A stretch of DNA of 64,000 nt, taken from assembly GCA_048772705.1 (NCBI GenBank), contig JBLWGC010000169.1, positions 124,001-188,000 of the forward strand, written 5' to 3'. This document shows positions 51,185 through 63,464 of the stretch, piece by piece. The DNA comes from Leidyana gryllorum EB-2025a (Eukaryota > Protista > Apicomplexa). A program made the translations under genes and the position numbers. The notes below the pieces were generated by a model, which did not search any database, was not told the origin of the DNA, and was given only the letters and a program-made list of their open reading frames with translations. Positions within the stretch are counted from its first letter, which is position 1. Every line of letters starts with the position of its first letter.

Positions 51185-52232
51185 ATGTTTCGTCGGCGAA
51201 GACCACCACTCGCTGCCAAAAGCCCGTCGGCTCGTCACATGCGCAAACAACAAACGAATAACTTGGCATTTGGGAACGATCTTAATGGCAAAAACTCAAG
51301 TGAGTCGCACCAAATGACAACTGAGTGAGAGCCTCCGTGCTGTTGATGTGTACAGGTTTGATGGCTGCTAGTCGGGGAATGTCTCCAGTGTCAAAGGAAA
51401 GCTCAGATGAACCAATCCCTAAGAAGGACGAGTATGTGCCTGAGCCAAAACTGCATCAAAAAGGTGGGATCTTTGGGTGATCGATCGCCGGATCGAATAC
51501 ATCGTCCCTCGTTCAGTCTTGGAGGGGGGGGGGCACCCGCCTCCACGGCGGCGTAAGCAGTCGTCGGCGCACTTTGGCTCTCCCCAAAGCGGCGGAGAGC
51601 CAGCGAGAAAGAAGACAGCTCGCTTCATGGACGAAGTAGAGGTGGTCGAAATACAGGACCGGAAGACACCGGCTCATGTGAACTCAAGATCACGATACAA
51701 ACTCTCTTTGGAAGGAAAGGTTGTAAATAGATCTCAAGTCGATGTGCCCGTCAGTCGACCGCGGGAAAGCTCTGTTTACTCGGAGGATAATCTATCTCGT
51801 GTTCCCAGTGAGTGTTTGGATGGATCGATGATCGGAGATCGATGGTGATGTGGGCGGTATATCGGTTGGTGTCTCTGGAGGATGCATTGAAGGTGTTGGT
51901 TGCATGGCGTGAATATGCGCTGTGCCTAGAGTTGAATATGCACTGTGCACAGATCTAAGTATGCGCTGCGCATAGATCTAAGTATGCGCTGGGCACAGAT
52001 CTAAATATGCGCTGCGCATAAATCTAATATGCACTTAGCTCTGAATAATTCCTTGTTTTCCCCTTGTGCAGGCGATTCATCTCGGTACTCACCGGGAAGA
52101 CGAATGCAAAGTGCTGCACAGCTTCGAAAAATGGTCGAGCGTCAATGGCTGATTGACAATGGAATGTCTCCGAGACCAATGTCCCCGAGACAGCAACTTC
52201 AACAGCAATCGACTTCAGGTTCACAGCGCTAA
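51185..52232 (+). CDS. Small basic disordered protein, multi-exon
   Basis: MFRRRRPPLAAKSPSARHMRK..|..RKKTARFMDEVEVVEI..|GDSSRYSPGRR..SGSQR*, with GT-AG junctions. Confidence 0.45.
51912..52033. repeat. 23-bp minisatellite, ~5 copies, intronic
   Basis: atatgcgctg(c/t/g)gca(c/t)agatctaa(g/a) units. Confidence 0.9.
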
Positions 52233-53750
52233 CTAAATCTCTCTCTCTATCGATCGGATGACTCGACTCATCACATCACGACGAATACTGACGGCGACAT
52301 CTACGCTTCTTGTCCACCACAGACGCGAACTTGGGCACAAACACACACTTTGCCTTGTCTCTTTCCTTTGACACTTAACTAATACTCTATCTGGTGCCGC
52401 TGCTGCTACATACCTATTTGCCACTGACGGAGAGAGAAGCGGTCCTCCATTTATTTCTGCATGGTGGAAAGCTTATTTCTCGCGATTGTTTTCTCTCCAG
52501 GGCAGCGACGTCTGGTTTATTAGCCCAAGCTCTACTGTATGGTATGCGTATGATATGCTATTGCTTGCGTGCTCATGTGCGTATGGTGTGTGCGCGCGGT
52601 TTGCGCACGAGCAGGTTGCGAAGAGCAAGCGAATCAAGGTTGTGCGAGGTCCAATTTCTGATTGGCACATGTTCGTCTTGGCTCGTCGTGGTCCATCTCG
52701 TCCGTGCACGTACTGCTATCTAATCTCCTGAACCAATTGATTTTATCGTGTCTGTGCCCAGTGGTGTGGTGGTGGATGTGATTGCTTGTATCAAAATTGT
52801 TGGTGTCGGTTAACCCAAAATGTTCGCGGACGACACTTTTGATGAGTGTCTTCCCCAAAATTTGAAAAGAGAACCTCTCCTCCAGATGGCTGGCGGGCCT
52901 GAGGCCTGAGGCTGCCCGCCAATCTGAGGCAAAGTTGCTCTGGCAAAGCAAAAACGTCGCTCAAGAAGTGTTCAAGTCAAAGCATCTCCTCTTCATTGAC
53001 TCATTGACTTGTTGCGTCAATTGGGGGTCATCAATTTATCAGAGCACTTTGCATTCGGACGACTGGTCGCCTAAGAAAGGATTGGGGTTGAATTTTCCGC
53101 AGTGGGTGGGAGTCCACTTCTCCGCTCTGTAAAACCTGAGTTGGGCCCGGGCTGAGCTAAGGGTGAGAACAGACTCATCCAAGTCGCAATCCCAAAACTT
53201 GAGAGAAGTCCAAAGCATTGCCAGAAAGCGTTCTTCGCCCATTGACTGGTTGGGGTACTTTTTAATTTTGATGGCTTTGTTTACTGTGACAGTGTGTCGG
53301 ACAGATTCCTCACAGACATCGAGTGGTCGTACGATTGGTCCAGAATTAGCGTAACGCCTGTCTCCTCGTCTTCGACTGCACTCAGATCTCCTTTCAGGAT
53401 CGGCCATACTTCCAGTCCCTAAATGTCAACTCGAAATATCGCAGCCACCAAGATCACAGCTGGGAAAACAGGAGCACAAAACTCCGTCGTCAGAGTTCTT
53501 CATATCCTCCGTCGACGTAAGAAGTGACGTCGAATTTCTAACCTCAACTTTCACAGCGACGTCCTTACGTGCCCGCGAACGTACCCGCGATTGGTGCACT
53601 TCCATACGCACTCTGCAAAGTGGACGAGTTTGTATGCACAGTGATGTGGGCACTTGCTATGTGCTTGGCTATGATTTGCGCAGTGCACGAAAAAATCGTC
53701 CTTTTACCACCAAGCACCAAGTCATACTGGGCGAGATCGCCGACCGACAT
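52233..53750 (-). CDS. Hypothetical protein(s), exon structure unresolved
   Basis: Chain of - ORFs (53426-53653, 53039-53407, 52634-52951, 52233-52424) with no recognised domain. Confidence 0.3.
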
Positions 53751-54080
53751 TCATTCCCGTCCAGATTATTTCTACGCAGCGAGTTAGTTCGACAATAGAT
53801 TTTAGGCCCGAAGTCAGCAGTTCCCAATCACCGGCTCGGTCGCTGGCTGTACTGGGGATTGGAGATTGGTGGTCGGGGTGGCTGGCGGACGCAAAGCAAA
53901 GAATCCATCCCTGTTGAGGGCGGAAAAAGATTAAGATGACAGTGACAGCGACAGCGACAGCAAATTGCTGATCGCAGTCACACGAGAATAATTTGGAGTA
54001 ATCGACGACGGAAGAACAGAAGAAACCAAATGCACAAACATGTCACAAGTTGCGCTGTGGGCTTTCGGCAAATTTAGATC

Positions 54081-54635
54081 TCATTCCACAATCTCAATGG
54101 GGACCGGCGCTGCTTTGCGGAAAGTTACTTGGGCGAGGGGTGAGCTTAGAGTGAGAGTCTTTTCAACTGGATCGCACTGCCAGCGTTCCAAACCGTCCAA
54201 TAACATATCGCCAATCTTCTTCTCATTATTGCCCGCAGCCCCGAAAGCGTACATTCGGGTCGAGAAAGCACCTCCGAGGAGTTCAACATCTCCTTCGCAG
54301 AACGACTTCCCCTTGGGTTGCACCACAATACCTATGGTGTTGGCTACGGTGAGAGTGGCCCTCACAGCTTTGGCGTTATCTTCAGCCGGCCAAATTTCCA
54401 TCGTCTGTGGACAGATAGACACGTGTGACTCGCTCTACGAGTTGATAGGTGACGGGCTTACGATGGGTTTACCCATAGGTTTGAGTCCCCCCTTCCCCCG
54501 TGGCTCCTGCCACGAGTCTATATCCACCTCCCACTGTCCCTCGCAACGACATTTGTCTTTGCGGGTAAACATATCCTTCAACAGCCCACCATGCACAAAG
54601 GTGGCCAGAACCGCACCTAGGAGAAAGCACTTCAT
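54081..54635 (-). CDS. Secreted META/HslJ-domain protein
   Basis: Signal peptide MKCFLLGAVLATFVHG. Exon 2 ATLTVANTI..GAFSTRMYAFGAAGNNEKKIGDMLLDGL..TLTLSS follows the META pattern (N, STxM, E, LTL). Confidence 0.6.
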
Positions 54636-54771
54636 TCGCTGTTCCAACGAGAGTTTTTGCACACTGAACATCGTTGCAAATAGCGCACCATAGCCGCGCA
54701 CACAGCACACTGCACACCTATTTCGTCCACCACCAAGATTACATCTTATAACAAAGTAAAAGGGCTCGTGG

Positions 54772-56641
54772 TTAGTCCCACCACTGTGGCAGGTTCGATC
54801 TTTCCTGTGCTTGCGCGGCCTGTTAAAGTGCAAGTCAGCAGACATGTCTGGAGAAGACCATCGGACTACCTTGGCCGTCAGTGACAATCGCTTTTTCTTC
54901 TGTGCTGCTGCCCGTCCATCAGGTGGTTTCGTCCGAGCCACCTCTTCGACCTTTGACGATGGAGATCTCGATGACTGATTGACTGCAGGAGCACGAAATG
55001 TCAATTGACTAGACAAGTCAGCCTGATGCGGATTGAAGGCCGGAACCATTGACGACGGCTGCACCGGCCCAGACGGCGGAGGATGAACCGCTACCGCCGG
55101 TGCTCCACTCGGGAGCCCAAAGTTGAAACCTCGGGCTTTCCCAATACCAGCGGTCTCGGCCTCTTGTGGCAATCTTTGCCGACTCGCTGTCTTGTTCGCT
55201 TGTTGAAGTTGAATCGGAATCTGCTCCACGCCTACACCAATTGGCACCTGCAAATATGCGCTAGTATTGCTACCAGTCCCAATACCGCCGACTGCGTCGA
55301 AGGATGGTGGCATCTGCGGGCGGAATGACGGTGGCAAGTCGGAGGCGCCAAAGGTTGGCAATCGACCTCCCGCACCCGCCGCCGGCCCTCCGCCCAAAAT
55401 CTTATCATATGTCTGCACAAACAACACTCATTCAACAATAATCAGTAGCCCCAGAATGTGTGCGTGTGTGAGTCGATGTGTGTGAGTCGATGTGTGTGAG
55501 TCGATGTGTGCGAGTCGATGTGTGTGAGTCGATGTGTGTGAGTCGATGTGTGCGAGTCGATGTGTGCGAGTCGATGCGTGTGTGTATGAAGACGGTGTAA
55601 CACCCGCTATCGTTTTAACGTACCGGATCCACCACGGCTAATCGCGCAATGTCGAGGTTCAGCGTCAGTCGACGTCTTTTATTGCCCTCGCTAGGGACTG
55701 CGGCTTGCGGGGGAGGTAAGGTAGGAGCGGGCGGCGACGATGTTCTGTGGGTCGATTCGTGAAGACTCGACATCGAGCCACTACGATTTGATAATGGACT
55801 CATGTGGTCAGGTGATGAAGACCAGATCGTGAAGTTTGGGTTTGGTGGAGGGAGGGAGGGGGACAACGGGGAGTCTTCAGGTTCAGGTCTCTCTGGTTCT
55901 CCTGCAATAATCGTATGCGCTGTGGAGCAATACGCTCCACAATGGCGCATCAATATCACTCGCCAATCCTCAAGAAGTCCTCGTTGCCAGTCTGCACTAC
56001 GTTTAGAATTAGCAGATCGCTCATCGCCATTCGACGACCGGTCTGCCACTCCTTGCACATTTACATTACCATTGAGTATCGCATTTGAGTTCTCTTGCTC
56101 TTCAATCAGTTCGTTTCGCAGCTGCAATCACCATTTTGCCACCAATCACCACCGACCCACAAGTGTGTGGCCCGGGCGTGTGGTCGCACACCCACACGAC
56201 CCGCCACACACCCCTTTCACACACCCACGTTTGGCCACTTACCGAGTGATAGTCTGAGAGAGCATTGACATAGAAGTTGGTGAGATTCGTCCGGCTCTCA
56301 ATTTCCAGAGCCTCGGCGGCCTCGGCTGAGAGGGTGTCGCGTTGTTTGTGCACGAAGTAGGCGAGCAGCGCGCCGTTGGCCGCTTCGCGTTGGCTCAAGG
56401 TCTCGGCATCCACGACCTCGGTGGATGGATCCAGCCGCCTTGCGCGTGTCTGCTTCAATGCAGTGGCCAGGGGGGCTGCCTGACTGTGTTTGACCTTGTT
56501 GTCGCGCAGCAGAGCGAGCCGCTCTTTCACAGCGTCTGTCCAGCGGTCAAACAAGATCAAATCGTCCACCACATTCCTGTACTCTTCACAGGCCGCGAGT
56601 AACGGGTTTTCCACCCGCTCAACCAGTCGTTGACCAAACAT
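54772..56641 (-). CDS. Hypothetical protein, helical N-terminus and disordered C-terminus, multi-exon
   Basis: MFGQRLVERVENPLL.. exons joined by GT-AG introns. The last intron gtagtc..aacag gives AAQAQERSNLPQWWD* with the stop at 54772. Confidence 0.55.
55470..55585. repeat. 14-bp minisatellite, 8 copies, intronic
   Basis: gagtcgatgtgtg(t/c) repeated at 14-bp period from 55470. Confidence 0.95.
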
Positions 56642-56735
56642 CGATCGATTGATCAATCAATCAATCAGTCAGTTGGTCGGTTACAAAGGCAATAACAACT
56701 CAGTCGCTTAATCCAATGAGAAAATCCGCAAACTA

Positions 56736-58797
56736 CTAAAGTCCCGTCACGGTGCGAGATTTCTTCCGCGGGGACGAAGCCCTCAAATTATGCAGAGGCA
56801 CCAATTCCAGACTGCTGATGTCCCCCGTCAAACGCTCCGTGGGGGGTCTGCACACACACAAATATACACCCACCCTGCCAATCTATCAACCCTTCCTTAC
56901 ACATAGCGCAGTTTCAGGATGTCAAATATATCCTTCTCCGTTGCACACTCTATTGGAGGCCCGGCTGCCACTTTGCCCTCTCGGCTTCTTACCACTCTGT
57001 GCATTCCTTTATCCCCCAATGTGTATCCCATCCGCCCAGCCCGATACCGCATCGCCCGGTTAAAGTAACCGCATCCCGTGAAGTGTAGGATCGCAAACGC
57101 CTCCACACTTTTGCCATACAGCTTTATGTCGATCCGACGAGCCAACTGCTGCCCCTCACCGCTGCCACCCGGCACGCGACACACTCCATAGTAACTCTGA
57201 CATAACGAGTCCCCACCACTGTCATCGCTGCGAGGGACCAACAGATCGTCAATCAGGAAACCCGTCGACTGCAAATGCCGCACCAACACTGTTAACCAGT
57301 CGCCCAATGGCTCCTCTTTGAACCACAACATGTCACAGTCTCCACACTCCGTAGCACCCCGACGATACGACCCCGCCGGAACCAAATGAGTCTTGTTATC
57401 CGCTCCAAAACAGACGTCGATGCCTCTCTGAACCGTCGCAATGATCTCTTCAGCCTCACTCCGAGGCATCTTCTCACAAAAGTCCTCAAAGTACTTTAGA
57501 CCGATCCGCTGATTCGTTGTCAAAGGCAACGAATCACTCGGAGCGTTCCGCAGATCCTCTATCGAACGGTATCCCAATGTGTACAGTTTCTCAGCACCGG
57601 CGTGCGCTACACCCCAAATGCTCCCGAACAAACGCAGCACTCCCAATCGCTCATCTTCATCCAATGTCTTCTTCTTCTTGATACTGCCTGTCGAAAACCA
57701 CTCCAGTATCTGCCGACCCACACAGATAATCAATTCAATTCGCCCTCAAACTCACCTTCTCGCGAATGTGAGGCCCAATTCGACGCAACTCGGGTCGATC
57801 TGAAACAAACGCTCGTCGTCAGCCGCCATCCGCAAAGACGCACCGAGATCTGTGGCGCTCTTCAGCTCCCACGGCAATCTGCGGATGGCGTCAGCCGCCA
57901 TCCGATACGCCCGTCTGCAATACATAAAACTCCTCCCAACCGTCTCCTTACTGTCGCCAGGGCTGATTCTTCAACTGGCCATACAGATCAGAAAAGTCGC
58001 GCAGTTCCTGACAGAATGGAGACTCGCTCGCCATCACCACTCTCACCCTTTCTAAGGCTCTATTGAGCGTTTCGTCCTTATGCACCTGAATCTTCAACTT
58101 CCCCTTCGCATCTCGCCGACTCTGAGTGAACGGGGTGGCTCCCATCGATGGAGATCCCGGAGGCCGCTGTGTGGAAGTATCTTTAGCATCCGGCCGAGGA
58201 GTGGGAGCCTCTGCCACCGACGGCACCGCCGGAGGCTCGGCCTGCACAGTTTCGGCCTCGGGAGATGCCGGGGGTGGGGACTCATTGGGCACCGGCCGCT
58301 TGCGAGTGGTGCCGCCTCCGCCTCCGTCTTCGCCGTGAACGGCGGAATTGCTTTCGTCAGAAGAGAGATGATACACCTGCGAGTCTGCGGCGTCTGGCAG
58401 TTCGGTCTCCGAGGGAATGGTGATGGGGGTAACTTCGTACAATTCCACTCCCAAATCCTTCTTGGCTCTCAGACAATGCGACAGATAGTCAGTGGTTACG
58501 ATAGCTATGTGTGAATAGAGCTCTTCATTGTTCTGTATGGCCGCGCGCACGACTTTGCGGGCATTGGCCTTGAGATCTGCAGCAACAATAACGGTGGTGG
58601 GTGTGTCATCATGTGTCGGTTCCAGTTCGTCCAAATCCTCCAATACAGTCCCTCCGTGGCGTTGTATCTGTGTAGCGAGCACCTGTCGGCGTTTGGCGGG
58701 CAGCTCCCGACCTTTGGGGAGTAGAAAGAATCTTCGACCTGTCGCAAAGGGTCAACATTCTCACTCACCTGTGACCTGTCCACCATAAAGGCCCCAT
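56736..58797 (-). CDS. POLL: DNA polymerase lambda (family X) with N-terminal BRCT
   Basis: BRCT-like QIQRHGGTV..VTTDYLSHCL; IWGVAHAGA; GLKYFEDF; GSYRRGATECGDCDML; RRIDIK; HFTGCGYFNRAMR; last exon YV|PPTERL. Confidence 0.9.
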
Positions 58798-58809
58798 GTT
58801 ATTCTAAAA

Positions 58810-60857
58810 ATGCTTCAACTCAGACAAGCTGTTGATGCTGCCCAGAGTATCGCTCAGCAGGCAGTCACGGATGCACGTTTTGAACTGAATCGAATGGGGG
58901 TCGAGGTGAGTATCTCTCTGCCTGCTTCGCCCGCTCGCTCGCATAAGCTTTGTCAATATATCTATTGGTATTCTATGTATCAGATGTGGGACAAACCTGA
59001 TGAGATTGATCCTGTTTTCGATGGACTTGTGCGCGATCAGCGTCAATTCGCAGGAGCCTTGGAAACGGCAAGAAATGCAGCTTTGGATCTGCAACGGACT
59101 TTTGTTCGCTTGAGCAAAGACCTATCGGACATGGGCGAAGTGAGACTTTATATCTATTACGAAATATGTGCTATCCAATGCTCAGACACTAGTTAGTGCT
59201 GTGAGCAATGACAAGACAGCTGCGGCAGAAGCACTCAAGATGAAGGAGGTGCGTGTGGAAAGCACTGCGTCTCGCCGATTTCCGGCTTGTGCAGGCCTGC
59301 AACAAGATATCACGAGCAGATGCGCCTTGCACTGTCGTCTCCAAATTCGTAAGACTCTGCACACACGTGTTCGAAAGCGCCGATTGTGGGTTGATACAGC
59401 GCGTGGACTTGAATTTCAATGTATTGGAGCCGCTTCGGTCCCATCTACAACAGCATGAACGTCTAGAACGACGTTTGGACAGTCGTAAACGAATGTTGTC
59501 AGAAGTGCGTCTGGCGCGGGAAACGGCACGCGAAGCGTGTGCTGGGTCGTCCACGACGCTTCCGGGAAGTACAGTGGTGGCTGAGGCGCGATTGGAAGAT
59601 CTGAAGCGGCGCGAAGCCGCCTTTGAAAGAGAAACCTGTGCCATTCTGGAATGGTTGTTAATGCTGGCAGCCCACCGAGATGACATAATGGATTCTCTGC
59701 TGCAGACTTTCAAGGTGAGCGTTGACAATGTGTGGTTGATTTATATCTGTGCTGATTACTCCACTGATGATTGATGAATTGATTGGTTTTGGTCTGTGCA
59801 GTATCTACAATACGAGTTCTTTGCCGGCAGCGCTCATGCACTGAATGCTGTACTCCCAGGTACGTTTGAGGTACCCCCATGGTGGGTCATGTATCTCTTT
59901 GCGAGTAGAGAAAATGGAGTTCCGACCGTTGGTGGAGATGACTCCGGAGTATTTGGAGCCGCAAGTGCGGCTTTCTGCCGCAATGAGGCAGGAAAGACTT
60001 GCTGCTGATGGAGGTGGCAATAGTGGGTCGTCCTCGATGGCGGGCGGTCGTCCAGAGCAAAAACAGACGGACGGCGGACCACAGCGAACATTTCGATCGG
60101 AGGCCACGAGTCGTATTCTTGATGCCATGAGCGATAGCGATTCAGTGAGTTGGTTTACAATAAGAGTGGTGGGTTGAAATGGATTTGTCAGGTAGGGGCA
60201 CCGGGTGTGGTGCCAGACAGCATTGCTGTGTCGATGCTGACAGCTCAAGGTTTCGAGGAGACCCGAGTGCGAGCAGCGTTGAGGATGAAGGCTAATAATA
60301 TGCAGGAGGCTCTTGATTGGCTATTGACGGGGGGAGGCGGTGACGCTTCTTCCCAATCTGAAAATGATCCTCAACAAGTTCGGCGCGAGAATGAGCTGAG
60401 GAGCTCAGTGCGGAAGCCGAGCAGTGTGAAAATAGTAAGTGTGACCTTATGGACGACACAAGACTTATTATGATGATAGTTGGAGGAATTGAGACGGTTC
60501 GATCAGAGTCGGAAATCCGCAGCTCTGGTGCAGGGCCGCAATGACAATGGGGAAGGGGCTTCGTCAGCTGCGCCGCCTCTGAAAGCTCAACGTCTTGTGA
60601 CAAAGCACAATAGATTGAAGCCTCTGTCGCTGCCCAGGCAGTTGATGACAACAATAACAGAACAAGGCGTTATGGAGGTGCGATCTCAGCCGCCGTCGTC
60701 GGATGGCGTTGCTGAGGCGGCAACCAGTGAGGTTGCCAGCGGTCGGAACGCTCTCTTAACTTTACACCAATCGCTTCTTGACGACCTGGACGAAGAGGAT
60801 TCTGAGAGCCTTTCATCATCAGATTCCGCTCCATCGTCGACGCCTTCGCGAACCTGA
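58810..60857 (+). CDS. BAR-like helical domain + UBA protein, multi-exon
   Basis: Long amphipathic helices (LNFNVLEPLRSHL..RRLDSRKR) and a UBA (SMLTAQGFEETRVRAALRMKANNMQEALDWLL). Confidence 0.65.
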
Positions 60858-60867
60858 GCAGTGACAA

Positions 60868-62102
60868 CTAATCCGACCCGCTGCTGCTAAGTAGACAACG
60901 ACGCTGCCAAGCCTCGAAGGCCTCTTCGTCGGGATTGGCTAAGTATCCAATGATGAACTGGCTGATGGGTAACCCGTCCGTACGGGTCTCGCGTAACTTA
61001 GTCGGCAGATACTCTCTCTGGAATCTTTTGTTCAAAGGCTGTGGATCAAAACTCACCCAATACTCTCGATCAAGCAAGGTGACGCGTGATCGCAATACCC
61101 TGAATGAAGACTCTTGGCAACCGCCACCACACATATAGATCGACTCACCCATACAAATAATTAATGACAGCTTCATTCGGCGTACCCAGATTCAGGAACC
61201 GGCAACACCAGCTGAAGAACACAGTTGTGCGGGCGGCCCTGGGGAAGAAAACACTCACTGAAGTTCCTCTTTCCAGCCGATTCGATCCTTCTTGACACTT
61301 TTCTGTTCAATCAGGAGCCAGAAGCTGCGACCGCCAGTGTAAATACAACCCACACCACACAAGCGACCCTCACCGAAAGTTCCACGCCGAATTATTGAAA
61401 GGGTCCAAGACAATCACATCAGTGACGTATTCATGAAGGTGTTGCGGACTCGAATAGTGTGGCCAAGCTGCGTGTAGCCACATCAGATACTCCCATGCGT
61501 TATAGTGCTTTGTATCCAAATCAATAAAAGTCTTCACTTGTGCCACCTCTACGACAATATTCGCAATAAACCATTTAGGTGTGCGGACAGGGGTGTGTGA
61601 CCAGAATTTACACAGTGTGCCACACATGTGCCACACACTTGTCACACAGTCTCGCTGTCCACCCTGTATTAATGTATGTTCCTACCTCCAGTGTAGGTGG
61701 ATTCTTGGCAGGTAAGGGCGGTCGGAGCCATCACAAGCTGGAACATGCGTCTTCTGTAGTTCCATCCTTGATAGTTCTTGGTGTCGCCTTCCAGTACCTG
61801 ATGTACGAACTCTGCGTGTCAAAATGTGTCAAGATGTGTCCAAGTGTGTGACTGACCAATTTCTTTGATAGGGTCCAGTTTCAGTCGTCGAATGAGTAAA
61901 TCCCGGGCGTACCACGCCTGATAGAAGCTTACGTTTCTTTCACAGATAGCTTTGGTGGTAAGGTCATAGAGAGCTTGGGCCGCGTTTGGGTCTTCCAGGC
62001 TCGCTAAGATATCTTCACGCCGATGAGGGAAAAAGTCTGTGCACGAGGGGTGGGTTTACGGATGAGGCGGACTACATAGGTCGGAGCTCTCACCGTTGCC
62101 AT
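60868..62102 (-). CDS. Protein prenyltransferase (FTase/GGTase-I) alpha subunit, multi-exon
   Basis: PPTA repeats NVSFYQAWYAR, PRTIKDG/KNYQGW region, DTKHYNAWEYLMW and DPFNNSAWNFR. Confidence 0.75.
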
Positions 62103-62154
62103 CGATTTTGATATATGACGAAAGGGTAGGGCTTGCCATCTTTTTTGCGAAGTA

Positions 62155-63251
62155 ATGAAGTCGTGCCTGAGTTTGAGCAAGGAGGGGGACTTCGGCAAGT
62201 TAATAGAACAGCTTGTGAATCTTATTGAAGTCGCAAAATCTGAGTATTATAATAGGGATCAAAGGATATTGGTGTCTCTAATCGGCACACCGGGTGCAGG
62301 CAAAAGCACACTGGCGAGTCTCTTGTCCTCCAAGATTAGAGATCGATATCAAGGACGTGAGGACGTGTTCGGTGTGGTCTCTATGGATGGATATCATCTC
62401 TACATGAGTGAACTGCAAAAGTGAGACTGCACATCTGATCAACGCGAATTGTGATGCGATGCAATGCAATGCAATGCAATGGTTCGGAATCGAGTGAAAA
62501 TATCTCACATTTTCCCCCACAGGATGGGGCCTGAAGCTGTCTTTCGCAGAGGAGCGCCACACACCTTTGACGTGCGCAAGCTTGCGTGAGACTTTGGTGC
62601 TCTTTATCCATTTCCATTCGTCTCCTCTTTGCCTTTCCAGTGCCGTACTCAAAGATCTCAAGAATCCTAACAAAGACGTTTTTGTTTGGGGATTCGACCA
62701 TGCTGAAGCAGTGAGTGCGCGGGTCGCCCCGTCCAGCAACTCCCCTTCGCCAGGACCCTCGTGAAGAACGCGGCACACTAATCAAAGCCGGCACCTGCGC
62801 CGTGGTCCTGATGGAGGGCAATTATTTGGGTCTGATGGACGGCGGAGACTACGAAAAGCTGATCGTCCCCCTATTCGACAAACATATTGTCCTGGACTGC
62901 GATCTGTGAGTTTCGACTCTCATCAATCTCCAAGATCTCCCACCCCTCAGAGACGTTGCCGGCACTCGTGTCGCCGAACGTCACGTTGCTGCAGGACTCA
63001 CCAAAGACCTCGCAGCTGGCAAGGCGAGGTAAACCGGGGAGCAATGAGGGGGGTCCAATGAGGATGTGTGTCACACCGTGTCGCACACCCTCACACAGTG
63101 TGTCCGTGTGTGATCGTCACGGGTATCTAGTTGTGGGTATTTTTTCAGATGGGAGGCGAATGATCTGGCGAATGCGCGACAGATTGTAGAGAGTTTGCCC
63201 AAGGAGGTGTGGTTGAGGGTGGACACGAGTGGTTTAGAGTGGGTAGTGTGA
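62155..63251 (+). CDS. P-loop kinase of the phosphoribulokinase/uridine kinase family (YFH7/YggC-like), multi-exon
   Basis: IGTPGAGKSTLA, SMDGYHL, RRGAPHTFD, FDHA, MEGNYL and NDLANA. Confidence 0.85.
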
Positions 63252-63464
63252 TTTTTTGTGGGTAGCGACATAGGCCCTGAAGGGTGTCTGCGCGGGTGAA
63301 TGTAAATTTGTATTGAGGGTGCGATCTTGGCGACGAAAGTTGGAAGGCGACTGATAATTGGAATTGTCTGAACGTGAGTGGTTTAGAAGCTGCGGGTGAG
63401 GCGTGGCTGGGTGAGTGAGGTCCGGTTTGTTGGTATAATTTTTGGATAATAGAGTTGTGCCGCG

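Noticed and set aside
54435-55427. Single 330-aa ORF fusing a disordered protein to the META gene
   Set aside because: An intron gtagtc..aacag ends the upstream gene at 54772, and an independent signal peptide starts at 54635.
55470-55585. CRISPR-like array
   Set aside because: Head-to-tail 14-bp units with no unique spacers, no cas genes, and located in a eukaryotic intron. The same applies to 51912-52033.
63430-63450. snRNA suggested by Sm-site-like AATTTTTGG
   Set aside because: No recognisable U1/U2/U4/U5 conserved sequence or 3' hairpin; it lies ~20 nt before the U1-70K ATG.
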